Positions 51,201-63,567 of a stretch of 64,000 nucleotides of DNA are shown here, one piece after another. The position numbers were made by a program, and so were the translations under genes. Source of the stretch: Vicugna vicugna (Eukaryota). Below the pieces are notes generated by a model, which was not told where the DNA came from, made no database searches, and saw only the letters and a list, made by a program, of their open reading frames with translations. The stretch covers positions 5,099,779-5,163,778 of the forward strand of contig MU058198.1 of the NCBI GenBank assembly GCA_013265495.1, written 5' to 3'. Within the stretch, counting starts at the first letter, position 1; every line of letters starts with the position of its first letter.

Positions 51201-53231
51201 GCACTCTCCCTGGTGTACCATTTTTAAGACCCATGTGGAAAGGCCACTGGGAGCTCCTCTGCTCTGTTGTAGAAGATGGCATTTGGCAGATGGCAAAGTG
51301 AGAAAGAAGAAAGGGAGGGTTGACAGAGGGGTTTGGAAGAAGAGAAAGGGGAATAAAAAGGGTGTATGAGTAAGTAGTAGAAGGAAGGGAGATTGGTGGA
51401 AAGAAACAGGGATTGGCAAATAGGGTGACATAGAGTGAGGGCAGTGGGAGGAGAACTGAAGGACCAGCCGAAGAGAGGGGAGGTAGAGCAAAAGGGAACA
51501 GAACGGGAAGTCTTAGATTATTCAATTTCTGCAAATATCATAGTGGAAATGTCCCCAAATGTTGCCAACAATACACTCCGTGACTAAGTTATTATGCAGA
51601 GAGATGAGCTGGGGGCTGAAGGACAGAATTAATATAGTAAGTAATTCTATCCCTTTGGCAATGTCTTGCTGCATGAAATAATGATTTTATGTCTCACTTC
51701 TCTCTAGCCCGTACATTTCTCATAACAAACAGTTCCACAGTGAGTGACTATTTATGTTTCAAGGCAACAGCATTGGCATAATGGACCATCCTCTGAATCT
51801 TTTTCTGCAAAGAAATGCCAGGGCCGCCCGGGAAACCTGAGAAAGCTTTCCAAATTTTCCAGTTGGGTATAACGTTGCTGCTGCTGACTACAGAGGCTGG
51901 AGGTTGGAGTCTGGAATCAGGCAGATCTGTGTTCAGGTCCTTTCAGGGCTACTTACTGACTTAACTTTCACGGCGTCTCAGTTTTCTCGTTTGAAAATGG
52001 GGACGCTCCCATCTGGCTCCCATGTAAAAGCGCAGCAACCTGGAACACAGAGGGTTCAACAATGGCTGACCAGGAAAATGTCAAATCTCCTTCCAGCCTC
52101 TGTGCTTGGAAGAACACAGCACCGGATGGTCAAAGTCCAGCCTGTGAGTACCGATGGAAGAAATGTGCATGTGTCCTCATCCCCACACCTCCCTATGAAC
52201 GCGTACTCGTTCATTCCACGGTATTTGATGCCTCCTCTCTTCCAAGCACTGTGTTGAAGGGATGAGAAGATGAATGGGTTTTTGTGTGATCATCTCTGTC
52301 CACTTACTATGTGCTACGTGCAAAACCAAGCAATGACGTTGCTAAGCATTCTATATTCAATCTATATCATAAGAAGAACACAAATTGGTTGCTATTGTGC
52401 CCACTTTACAGATTAAAAATATCTCAAGAGCAAGGAGTTTAATAAGTCCCCCAGGGTCATACTGTGACACAGCCAGGATTAAACTTGGAACGTTACGACA
52501 CCATAGCCTGAATTCTCAACCTCTGGGTTGCCTTGAACATCCCTAAATTTCCCATAGTCCAGCAGAGGAGGCAGACATGCAGAGAAATACAACGGAAAAT
52601 GTTAAGAGCGCTGTGGTCATTGCGTAAGGTTCAGGCAGATCACAGACAATGGATTATCATCTGCATATCAGCTGAATACAATTATCCTAGGATTTGCAGG
52701 ATGGTTTGACAAAGGGGCTGAACGTCTGATTTGAGTCTTGAAAAGTCAGCAGGACTTGGCCACAAGGACCTGGCTTTCTCGATGGAGGAAATGGCCCCTT
52801 CAGAGGCATGGTGACTTGAATATTCACGGGGTACACAATCAGGAGATGCCAGGTACTTCGTGCTAAAGCAAAAGTTCTCCTTCAGAGAAATGGCAGGAGA
52901 TGGAGTGGGAGGGACCTGATGGGAGTGGATTGTGGGGGTACTTTCTTGCCCATCTAGAGAGTTTGCATTCTATCCTAAGGGCAGTGGAGAGCCACTGCCA
53001 GGCTTTATAAAAGGGATGACATGATCAGATTGCTGTTTTACAGAGAGCACCTCTGCTGAGCGAATGGATGGCAGATGACACCAATGGCAGGTTGAGAGGA
53101 AAACCAACGTGAGAAATCACGAGATCTTGAACTAAGGCAATGGGACTGGAGAGGTAGGGATGGATCGGGGTGCATAGATGGAGAGGGAGGCAGAGGGAGG
53201 GGCTAGGACAAGCAAACTTGGTTTCACATCT

Positions 53232-53797
53232 TGTTACGAAACAGAAAGTTCGTATGCTGGACACACAGTGAGGCCAAACAAACTGAAACATTGAAGTTTG
53301 GAGCAGAGGAAGGTTTATTGTGGGGCCAAGCAAAGAGGATGGACAGATCACACTTGAAAAGCTTAAACTCCCTGATGGTTTTGGGGAAAATATTTGTAGG
53401 AAAAATCTGGGGGAGGGCAGCAGAATATGTGACTTTCTTCTGATTGGCTGGTGGTGAGGCAACAGGGCTGCGTTCCAGGAGTCTTGTGCTCAGCCTGAAG
53501 TTACCATCCTCCACCTGGGTGGGGGCCTTAGTTCCTGCAGGAGAACTCAAAGATTAGTTATGTATATTCCCTGAGGAGGAACCAGGACCTGCCCCAAGGC
53601 GGCACTATTGTTTCTTGACTGGTCCTCTCCTGTCTCTGCATCCCCTCCCTTCCCTGATTAGCAACTGTTTGAATCTGCCCTTTGGAACTCAGGGGAGGTC
53701 AAGGAGGCTGAATGAAGCCTATTTCCTACAAACAAGAAACAGGGACATGGAAAGGCTTTGTACCAGAGAGGACCCTACAGGGCCCTGCTCTGTTTCA
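53232..53797 (-). mobile_element. Solo ERV1-class LTR, family B copy 2
   Basis: TGTTAC...TGTTTCA termini, perfect 4-bp TSD ATCT (53228-53231 and 53798-53801), and tttatt (minus-strand AATAAA) at about 53314. Confidence 0.9.
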
Positions 53798-54221
53798 ATC
53801 TGTACAGAGCCTGCCAAATATACCAAAGATCTTTCCATTTAAAAAGCACAGCAGAAACATCTGATTATTCCAGTTCAACGTCCCTTTGATCCAAAGGCAA
53901 TTTCATCAGCCAGGGATCCCCAGCAAGAGATTTAAAGCATAGCTTAGCCCTTTGGCCTCTTTGATTCACTAAGATAGCTCTCAGGACCTGAGTGCCTGAG
54001 CCACCCTCCTCCTCTCCATTCCTGTAACTGTCTGCTTCCCAGGGAGCTCACATCCTTCAGATCCCAGCATTTGAGGGTATTCAGGATGAGGGGAGAGGTT
54101 GTGATGGGGCTACAGCCTCATCCCCGTGACCCTGGTGAGATGCTCCTACAACCTGTGAATCCAATAAGACTTCATTGAGCACTACGGTGTTTTATGTGGG
54201 AGGGCGATGGGAGGCTCCCTG

Positions 54222-54342
54222 GGAATGTGACGATGAATATACGTACGTATATGCATGACTGGAACACTGTGCTGTACCCCAGAAACTGACACATTGCAAC
54301 TGACTGTATGTCAGTAAGAAATAAAAATTAAAAATTAAAAAA
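54222..54342 (+). mobile_element. Very short L1 3' tip
   Basis: gcatgactgg...tgtgctgtaccccagaaactgacacattgcaactgactgta with an A-rich tail and flanks ggaggctccc / gaaggctccc. Confidence 0.72.
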
Positions 54343-55836
54343 CAAAGGAAGGCTCCCCAGTTCCTGACTTCATCGATCTGATCTTCTCCTGGTTGGGGAG
54401 AACATAGATGTGGCTCATACCAGTATCACATGAAAACAGTAAGCGCTGAAAAGAATGAAACCTGGAGCTATAAGATTCCACCCCATCAAGGGAAATCCCC
54501 ACTTAGTGAGGTCAGGGGCTGCCCTCCGAGGAAGTGACAATTACACTGAAATCTGAGAAATGAGATAATACATTTGAAGTAAAGGCAAAAAGAAGAAGGA
54601 AGACCTCCCCAGTATAAGCGCACCTTTCCTGGTTATCTGGGAAACCTTACAATCATGCTTTTCTGAGATCAGATGCTCACTCTGGGATCTAAAGTTGTTC
54701 CTCACAGTTTACTGTTCAGAGTGACACTTTCTGATGTGACATCTCAGACTCCTCCCCTGCACTGGAACAGAGCCGAGGTGTGGCTGTGGAGAGCCCTGGG
54801 CTTGGTGCCAGGGGGAGTCCAGCTTGAATCCAGGCTCCATCCCTGGCTAGCTGTTTGATCTTGCACAAGTTACAGACCCTTCCTGTGCCTCAGCCTCCTG
54901 GCTGGTAGGTTGAGACCAAAACCACCTTATTCCCAAGTGATTTGTGAGGAGTGAATGCAATTGCTTAGAGTACCCACCCAACAGGGTGAAAGTACTCACT
55001 AGTTTTTATTCTGAATTTGGCTCTAGATCAACTTACTAAAATTCACCTAAAATCAAACTGTTAAAAAAAAAATCAATTTGCTGAGTGATCGATTTCCCAT
55101 TGTTACTTGATGCAGAAAGTCATCCCAGCTGGCACAAAATGGAAACGTGACACAAAAATGTCACCCACGTCTCACTCTAGCTGCTGGCTTTCTCTTGCTT
55201 CCACTACACAGCAAACAACTCAAAGGAAGATCTCGGTAAATTCATGGACTCCACGTCACCTTCGGTTGCAACCCACCTCCTCCAGTCTGGCTCCTGCCTT
55301 CAGCAGGCCTCTAGAAGTCTCCTTCCCGAGGTCGCTAACTGCTCCCTTCGGCTAGGTCCAAGGAGGTCTCTCCATTCTTGGTTTTACTTATTGTTTACAG
55401 CTTGACTTAAGTGGACTACATTCTCTTTCTGGAAAAATTTTCTTTCTTTGGCTTATTTCTCACCACAACTTGTTTCTCTTTCTTCTCTGACTCCCCTTGT
55501 CCTGTTCTTTCATTGTAATTTCTTAGGGCAGGACCCCAGACCCTGTTTCTTCTCATGGCCTCCCAGCCCCAAAGTGAGCGCCTTCAGATCGGCCCCTTTG
55601 TCATCTATTTGCCAGTAATTCTGGAAGATGATCACTCCAGCCCAGATCTTTCTTCTGAGGTTCATTCCCATCTATCTAACTGACTGCTCGAGGTCACCAC
55701 CTGGACATCTCACAGGGTCTCAGTACCCCCGTAGCACCTCCAATTTCCCAAACCCCTCTCCCGCAGTGTTCTGAGTCTCACTACAGAGCGTCCCACCCAC
55801 CCGGGTAGTCATGTCTAAAACCTAGGACTCATCGTT

Positions 55837-56253
55837 TGTTGCCAAAAAATTGGTCTCTGTACCCCAGTGGCCCAGTTGAGAGTCAGAGGGAGAGTTTGGG
55901 GAGGATAGAAAGGAACAGCTTTATTGTTTTGCCAGGCAAAGGGAGTCACAGCTGGCTTATGCCTTGAAGACTGAGAGCCCCTCTTGGGGTTGGGGTCTTG
56001 AGGTTTTAAAGAAAAACTGGATGGAACAGAAAAGGTGATAACCATCAGGACGTGAGCAGGGGCGACATTCCTTTCATCTTGATAAGAACTTGCTGTTGTT
56101 ATGAAGGACTTGGGGAGGGTCTGCCCATTTTCTTCAGATTCAGTTCATGACCTTCTTTCAAGTCCTCTAGGATAACAGGATACGTTATTCTAAGAAAATA
56201 ATGCACAAGGAGGGGAGTGTGTTACTCATAAGATCAGTTTAGCTAGAAGCACA
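55837..56253 (-). mobile_element. Probable solo ERV LTR (third family) inserted in an L2 remnant
   Basis: Begins TGTTGCC, has ctttattg (minus-strand AATAAA) at about 55920 and ends GCACA. L2-like sequence lies on both sides. The TSD is unclear. Confidence 0.6.
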
Positions 56254-56394
56254 GCCTGACCCACTCCTTCACTTTGACCTTACTCTCTCTCACCACCTAC
56301 ATCCAAAGAGTCAACAAATCTTGCAGACTCTCTCTCCGATCTTTGTCTCGGACATTCCTGTTCTCTACAGAGAACATTTAAAAATGCAGATCTG

Positions 56395-56532
56395 GGGGAG
56401 GGTATAGCTCAAGTGGTAGAGCGCATGCTTAGCATGCATGAGGTCCTGGGTTCAGTCCCCACTACCTCCTCTAAGAATAAATAAATAAGTACAACCTAAT
56501 TACCTTCCCCACCGAAAATAAAAAACACACAA
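56395..56532 (+). mobile_element. tRNA-Ala-derived SINE
   Basis: Full head and tail with 16-bp TSD TAAAAATGCAGATCTG (56379-56394) and TAAAAATGCAAATCTG (56533-56548). Confidence 0.93.
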
Positions 56533-58700
56533 TAAAAATGCAAATCTGATAATGGCGCTCCCTTGCTTAGAATCCTTCATCCTCTTAGGATAAAGACCCA
56601 AGCCCTTAGCCTGGCTTGTGAGGCCCTGTGTAATCACCCTGCCGCGTTTCTCCCAGCCATCTGTCTTGCGTTTCCGTTTTCTTTCCTGACCTCAGGCCAC
56701 ACTGGTCTCCTTGTACATCATGGACAGGTCTGCTGCTCCCCTGGTGTAAAGTTCTCCCTGAGCACGGAGCCTTCCTCCTCATCTCATTATCTCACGCTCA
56801 GCATCACTAGCTAATTCCCCTTCATCCTTTTAGGTATCAGGATAAATGTCACTTTCTTAGACTATATGAGTTTCCTAATTATGGGCTCACATTTTATTCT
56901 CCGAGAGTAATTCAGCAAGGAAATGAATAGAGAGTGGGTTGAATCTATACTTTCCATGAGTGTGAGGACCATGTCTGTCATGATCAGTTCAGCATCTTAA
57001 AGGTGTTGGATTAGTGCCTGGCACAGTGTGGCACATGGTGAATTGTCTCCGAATAAACAGGTGCATGAGCAAATACAACCTGTATTTCTTACCACGTTGT
57101 TTGTGAAAATGAGATAAGATAAGGAGGCGGAAATGCTGTGCCCATTAGAAAGCATCGTACAATCCCCACTCGTTTTCATTATTAAAGTCGTGAGCAGACA
57201 GCTGTAATGCCAGAGCAACCAGCTACCGGGAACAGGGCTGTCAATGCGATCAAAGATGACAAAGTGAATCTGACATATATTTAATGATGCACAGCACCTG
57301 GATTTCACTATGTGGGAATCAGGTCCCACTGCCTAATCTCAGAAGGTTCCTCCATGGGAGCATAGGCTCTTTGGTCCCTCCCTCCCACCTCCCCCATACA
57401 TCCACCCTGCTAGATCCCAAAGAAATGGATAAAGGGTGATGTCCCTGACCATCCCTGACAACTTCTTTTGTACCCTGACAACTCTCTGCACTTCCTTCTA
57501 CGAGGACATGTATCGGACTGTATCTCTATCATTTACATTTCAGACTGCTCCCACTAATAATCGAATAATAGCCCCATCACGGGGACTGAAAAATGTGCCC
57601 AGTGCTAAATGCTTAACGTTCTTACCAATTAATCTTCACAACAACCCTGTGGAGGTAGGCAAGGCTGTTTGCAGTTGGGGAAACTGAGGCCTAGTGAGGT
57701 CAAGTGACTTGCTAAAGGGTTCCACATATTAACAGAGAGAGGAAAACTAGAATTTGAACAAGGATAGGCGTGTCTGATTCTGTAGCATGTTGGTAAATAC
57801 CAACAAGGAACTAAAAGCCACGATCTCATTTGTAGAGTTTGTCCATTTCTCTGGCGTAAATATTTCCATCATAATGATTTCGAGCTACCAGTCGGCTCTT
57901 GCAAAACTAGTGAATGCTGGCCAGTATACCACTGATCTCATGAGAAATCATGTACTCTTTGTTGTTGTTGTTGTTGCATTTCTTTTGTTAGGTTTATTCA
58001 CAAGTAAGAAACCCTGTGCTCTGAATCCTTAGCTTAAAGCAGTGGTTCTAAAGGTGATGCTCCCAGACCGGGAGCAGCACACTCAGCATCACGGAGGAAC
58101 GTGATGCTGGGCCCACCGAGAGCTCCCTTAGCTGGAAGTCTGAAGCGGGGCCTGGCAATCTGTGTTTTAACCACCCCTCCGGATGGTTCTGATGCTTGCT
58201 CACCGCTGTTTGGCACAGTCCCAGCACCACGCTGGCATCGTTAAATATTTGTTGAATTGAACTGAATGGATACTTGTAAAGAGAACGTGAACTCTACAGC
58301 CAAGCCTAACCCCAAGGAGCCTGAGTTCTACTCTCAGGGCCTTCGGGTGGGGCTTATGTTTTCTTCCAAGCCCTCTGACCATCCCTGCTGTACACCTCAG
58401 CCCTACCTGCTCCCTCAGCTTCCTGAGAATCCCAATTAGAAAGTGCTTTTGTCAGGTGATTGTGACATGAGCAGTACCTTCATAGGATTGCTACCAGCGA
58501 TCAGATTTCCAGTTCTCTGTGCTCTGGATCTAATTGAAGATCACAGAGATCTTTTTTCTTGATTTGTTCTACACATTTTATAGTTTTGTCTTTCACATTT
58601 TGGTTCATGATCCATCGTAAGTTATTTTTCTGTACAGTATTAGTTAAGGATCAATGTTCATTGTCCTCCATACAGATACCCAGTTGGTCCATCACCATTT

Positions 58701-58843
58701 TTGGGGGGGGGTGTAAGGTGGGGGGAGGTAACTAGGCTTATTTATTTAATAATTGTTTTAAATGGAAGTACTGGAGATTGAACCCAGGACCTCATGTATG
58801 CTAAGCATGCACTCTACTACTTGAGCTATGCCGTCCCCCTCCC
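58701..58843 (-). mobile_element. tRNA-Ala-derived SINE nested in the old L1
   Basis: gattgaacccaggacctcatgtatgctaagcatgcactctactacttgagctat. Confidence 0.88.
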
Positions 58844-58871
58844 CCATAATCATTTCTTAAAAAGAAAATCA

Positions 58872-59077
58872 GAAGCCCAATGGGGTGGAGTAACCATATA
58901 TAAAGTAGATGAGCAACAAGGCCCTACTGCACGGCACAGAGAACTATGTTCAATATCCTGCAATAGCCTATAATGAAAAAGAATATGAAAAGGAATATGT
59001 ATGTATATGTATATCTGAATCACTATCTAGACACCAGAAATTACCACACATTGTAATTGACTACACTCCAATTAAAG
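58872..59077 (+). mobile_element. Short L1 3'-UTR insertion nested in the old L1
   Basis: Matches the 23190-23380 L1 tail. TSD AAAAAGAAAATCA (58859-58871) and AAAAAGACAATCA (59078-59090) at a TT/AAAA site. Confidence 0.85.
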
Positions 59078-60499
59078 AAAAAGACAATCATTTTCCAATT
59101 GAATTTCATCGGTACCTTTGTCAAAAATTGGTACCATTAACTATACGTGTGCAGGTCTACTTCTGGACTTTCTGTCCCGTTCCATTGACCTACGTGTCTT
59201 TTTATTTTGCCGATACCACACTGCCTTGCTTATTACAACTTTATAGTAAGTTTTGAAATCAGGTAGTTCAAGTCCTACGATTTTGATTTTTTTATTTAAA
59301 CAGAACTGGATCCTTTATTTTTCCAGATAAATTTTAGACTCAGCTCGACCCTTCATACAAAATGGCTACTGGGGATTTTGACTGGGATTCTGTTAACTCT
59401 GTAGATATATTTGGGGAGAACTGAAAGTTTAGCAATCCTGAGTCTTTGCAGCTATGAACATGGCACATCTCTTCATTTATTTAGATTGTTTTTAATTTCC
59501 TTTAGCAATGTTTTACGGTTGTCAGAAAGAGTCTCGCATGTGTTTGCTAAATTTATTTCTGAGTATTTTAAGTTTTTTGCACCACTTTAAGTGGAATTGT
59601 TTTAATTTTATTGTCTAACTATTTCTGCTGGTACCCAAAAATATATTTGATTTTTGTATATTAACTTTGATCTTGTGAACTTGCCAAATTTAATTTTTGT
59701 TTCTGCTTATTGTTTTGTAGATTCCTTACAGTATTCACCTTTTGACAAATGAGATAGTTTTACTGTTTTTCTTCCCAATATGGATGCCTCATATATTTTT
59801 CTTGCCTTATTACACTGGCTTCAGAACACTGTTGGATAGAAGCAGTTTATCCTTTTCTTGCTCCTTAACTCAGGAGGAAAGCACACAGGGTTTTAAAATT
59901 AAATATGATGTTGGATGTAGGTTTTTCACAGATTCCATTTGTTAGATTGAGGAAGTTGCCATCTCTCCATATCTTCGTGAATATTGTTTTTTCCTTAATC
60001 CTGAGTAAGTGTTGGATTTTACCAAATTATTTTTCTTTATCTATTAAATGATTTGTTTTCCTCCTTTATTCTATTAATATAATGAATTATATTAATTATA
60101 TTAACTTAAAAATGTTTAAACAACCTTATGTTCCTAGAATAAACCCTACTTATTTATGATACATTATCTTTTTTACATTTAGTTGGATTTAACTAATTTG
60201 TTAATATTTTGTTATGGGTTTTTCTGCTTATGTTCATAAAGAATATTGGCCTGTAATTGTGTTAATTATAGTGTCTTTGTCAGGTTTTTATCACAGTAAT
60301 TCTGGTTTTGTGTAATGCATTGGGAAGTGTTCACTTCTATTTTCTGAAAGAATTTGTGTAAGATTGTTGTAATTTCTTCCTTTAACTATATTTAAAGGTG
60401 TTAATGCTGTGTTCTATGATCAGAATCGTCTCTAGAGGTCAATGACATAAGCAAGAAGATCTATTAGGAATCCAATACAGTAATTTATCAAAGTAATTG

Positions 60500-61200
60500 A
60501 TTCAGAAATTTATCAAAGAGATGATGGTTGCTTATTCTAGAATGGTAGCCAGATTCTGGATATATATAGAAGGTAAAGCAAACAGGATTTCCTGGCAGAT
60601 ATTATGGGGCGATAAATAAAAAAGGATGATTTCAAGATTTTTGGCCTTTGGAACTGGAAGGGTGGAGTTGCTGTCACATGAGATGGGAAAGGCTGTGGTT
60701 GGAGCAGGATTTGGCGATGTCAAGGGTTTAGCTTTGGACAAGGAAGTTTGGGATATCTTTTGGCCATCCCAGAAAAAATACTGATTCAGCAGTCTGATTT
60801 ATAAGTCTGAAGATTAGGAGTAAATTCTGGGTTGGAGACACAAAACTGGGAGTCATTAGGAATAGTTATGAGAGTGAATGAAACCCAGGGGAGTGTGTGT
60901 AAACAGGGAAGAGGTCCAAGGACTGAGTTGAGATTAAGGAAAGATGAGCATCTACAAAATAAACTGAAAAGGAGAACCAGTGAAATAGGAGAAACTCCAG
61001 GAAAGTCAAGTGAAGAAAAGATGTCTGGGATGCCTGGGGGAGAGAGAATGAATGATGATATGAAATACTACTGGGAGTTTGGGTATAAGACCATTCCCAG
61101 GATTTGGCAAATTTGAGGTCACTCCTGATCTAAAAAAGAGCTGTTTTTATGGTGCAAATTTATGAGAGAAAAGGAAGAGAAGAATGAGAGGTTAAAAAAT
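60500..61200 (-). mobile_element. L2 fragment
   Basis: cagattctggatatatatagaaggtaaagcaaacaggattt...ggatgatttcaagatttttggcct...gagatgggaaaggctgtgg is antisense L2. Confidence 0.78.
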
Positions 61201-62258
61201 GTAGAAAACTAAGTATTTTAGTACCAAGGAGACCAAATTAATTAGGACAGAAGCTGGCGGGAAAAAGGACATTAAAACTTTTTCTTTCTTTCTTTCCATG
61301 GGATAAATAACTTATTCAGGAAACACCATTCCCCTACTTCTTTCTTTGAATGGGATTCATGATGTGTTTCATACCATTTTTTTGTGGCAGCCCCTTCCTC
61401 TTCCAACATTTTTGGCTCCTGAATCTCCCTCTGGCTGGAACTCAGAAAATATCTGGCTGAAAGCTCCTTTCTTTCTGTCCCAAGACGTTAAGTTGCAATA
61501 AGAGCAGAATGTTAAGCCCGATCTAATGACCATTCCTTTGTTCCCTTCTTATAAGTGACTACATGTGACTCATTTTGACCCATTAACACCAGTTTCCAGC
61601 ACAGACATCATTTCTTTAAGACCTCTGTGACCTCCCTGAACACCCCTATCATTCCCACTAGCCTAACTCAGTTCCTTTGTTTCAACTTTTCCTGGAACTA
61701 CGTTCTTACTCATCAGAGCACTATTGTCAGTTTTTTAGTACATATTCACTAGTATGACGATTTAATGAACTTCTAAATGAAAGCTTCATGTCAGTTTTAC
61801 TTCCTTTTCATAATCCCAGGTCCCTGGAATTCATTCAACAACCTTTTCCTGTATACTCATCATATGCAGGGCCCATTAGGGCCACTGAGATAACTAAGAT
61901 ATAGTTACCTCCTGCCAAGGAGGCGCTCACAGTTTGATAAAACAGTTAAATATAAAAACATAATGATAAACAACATGTTGTAGTTTCTGGGGAATCCCAG
62001 AGACACCCAGGAATGTCTACCCAGGGACATGAGAGAAGCGATTTAATTTAATTTATCATATCTGAACAACATATGAATATGGATTTTTAAAAGTATAAAA
62101 TATTAGAATAACCTATAATAAAAAGCTATATTCATCTGTTGAATCTCTCCCATTTTTGTCTCCAGTTTTAACCATTATCATCTTTAAGTCTCTTAGTGGT
62201 ACTGTCCATATTTTAAGACAATATTCTCATTCTATTATTTTTTTATTTATCAACTTTA

Positions 62259-62390
62259 CTAAAAAAAATTTTTTTTTGGTAGGGAGGTAATTAGGTGCAT
62301 TTATTTTTTTAATGGGGGTACTGGGGATTGAACCCAGGACCTCGTGCGTGCTAAGCATGTGCTCTACCACTGAGCTATACCCTCTCCCCC
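62259..62390 (-). mobile_element. tRNA-Ala-derived SINE
   Basis: Full head and tail with perfect 16-bp TSD TTATTTATCAACTTTA (62243-62258 and 62391-62406). Confidence 0.93.
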
Positions 62391-63324
62391 TTATTTATCA
62401 ACTTTAGACATTGTTTTTGACCTCCTACTGTATAGGTGGTAGGTTAGCTTTCTTGTGTCACCCCCAACACAAACGTTCCTTCCTCTCTCCTTTCTCCCAA
62501 TGTAGGTCTGTCACTATTCTTGGTAATTCTGCTAGTTCTCTCCTATTCATTCAAAAAGTTTTCTTGAAATGCCTTTGCTAGTTTGCTAAACCATGGAGAG
62601 ATGGTTAGTTGTTTGAACTTGGATTTGAAACCAGGGTAGGAGTTTTCGAGGAGGACAAGGATGAGTAGAGTGGCAATAAGGTTGGACGTTCCAGATGGAT
62701 GGTAAGTCATGTAAAATGATGTACAGGAGTAGAGGAGTATTTTACTCCTATGGAACTTGTGGTACCCACACAGTATAGAACCCAAAGTCTAACTGCAAGC
62801 TGTCTGGTGAATTATCCAGGGCAGTGTGTGTGGACAGAGTAGGATCAGGAAATGAAAAAAAAGTAGATTAGAACAAGTCAACCCTGGACTTGTCACAAAA
62901 GCAATTCCTGTCACCCATACAGTCTCATTAGTAAAAATAAGAAGCCCAGAGTGTTTTGCATTGAAAAATATTTTCCCAGTCAGACGTGAAATATTTTTAA
63001 ATGTCACAGCCCTTTTAGCTACTTTCATATTTTGAAAATCAAACAGAAAGAGGTATTTTTCAATTAAGTCCTGTCTGGGGTAAATTTGTAAATAATAAAG
63101 GCTGCATGAAAAAAAATCCTGTTTTGCCAGTCTTTGGTCTGAGAATTTGATTAAAGAACATCATATTGCTAAAATCTAAACTTTCCTTTTGCATAAATTG
63201 CTATATATGAGGTTACATTTTAACCAACATTTCAGAGCATTTAATTAGAATGTGTCAGTATGCTAGGAACTTTTGTGGGCCCTAGTGCAGTGAAGCTTCA
63301 ATAAAACCCTGTGAGATAAGTATA

Positions 63325-63567
63325 CAGTTGTCCCTCTGCATTCGTGAGGGATTGGTTCCAGGACCCCTGCGGATACCAAAATCTGGAGATGCTCAAGTTC
63401 CTTCTCTAAAATGGTGGAGTACAGCTGCCCTTCTTAATCAGCTGGTTCTCGTGCATGCTAAGCATGCGGTCTGTCACTGAGCTGTTCGCATCCCCCCATC
63501 CACTGGTTCTGATTCAAGGTTTGTTGAATCCGTGAATGAGGAATCCGCGGATACAGAGGGTGGACTG
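63325..63567. mobile_element. Non-autonomous TcMar-Tigger element (MER2/MER8-like)
   Basis: TA|CAGTTGTCCCTCTG...CAGAGGGTGGACTG|TA imperfect terminal inverted repeats with a TA duplication. The internal ggggattggttccaggacccc...gataccaaaatc...gctcaagt matches the MER2 group. Confidence 0.82.
63450..63497 (-). mobile_element. 3'-truncated, tailless tRNA-Ala/SINE fragment inside the Tigger element
   Basis: The reverse complement reads ggggggatgcgaacagctcagtgacagaccgcatgcttagcatgcacg. Flanks are atcagCTGGTTCT and atccaCTGGTTCT. Confidence 0.68.

Larger units (their letters stand above)
58550..60385 (-). mobile_element. Old L1M ORF2 remnant carrying two younger insertions
   Basis: ctttatagtaagttttgaaatcaggtag, ggggagaactgaaag...tgagtctt...ctatgaacatggcacatctcttcatttatttag and gattgaggaagtt are antisense L1 ORF2 motifs. 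Confidence 0.8.

Noticed and set aside
62543..63028. Two in-frame minus-strand ORFs, with the peptide PGFKSKFKQLTISPWFSKLAKAFQENFLNE loosely recalling bornavirus nucleoprotein
   Set aside because: At the DNA level the minus strand resembles a degenerate L2 3' end (tctggaacgtcc...gaaaactcctac...ttcaaatccaagttcaaa...ttgaatgaata), and the protein resemblance rests on only a few residues. A Dfam scan plus an HMM search against Mononegavirales N profiles would settle it.
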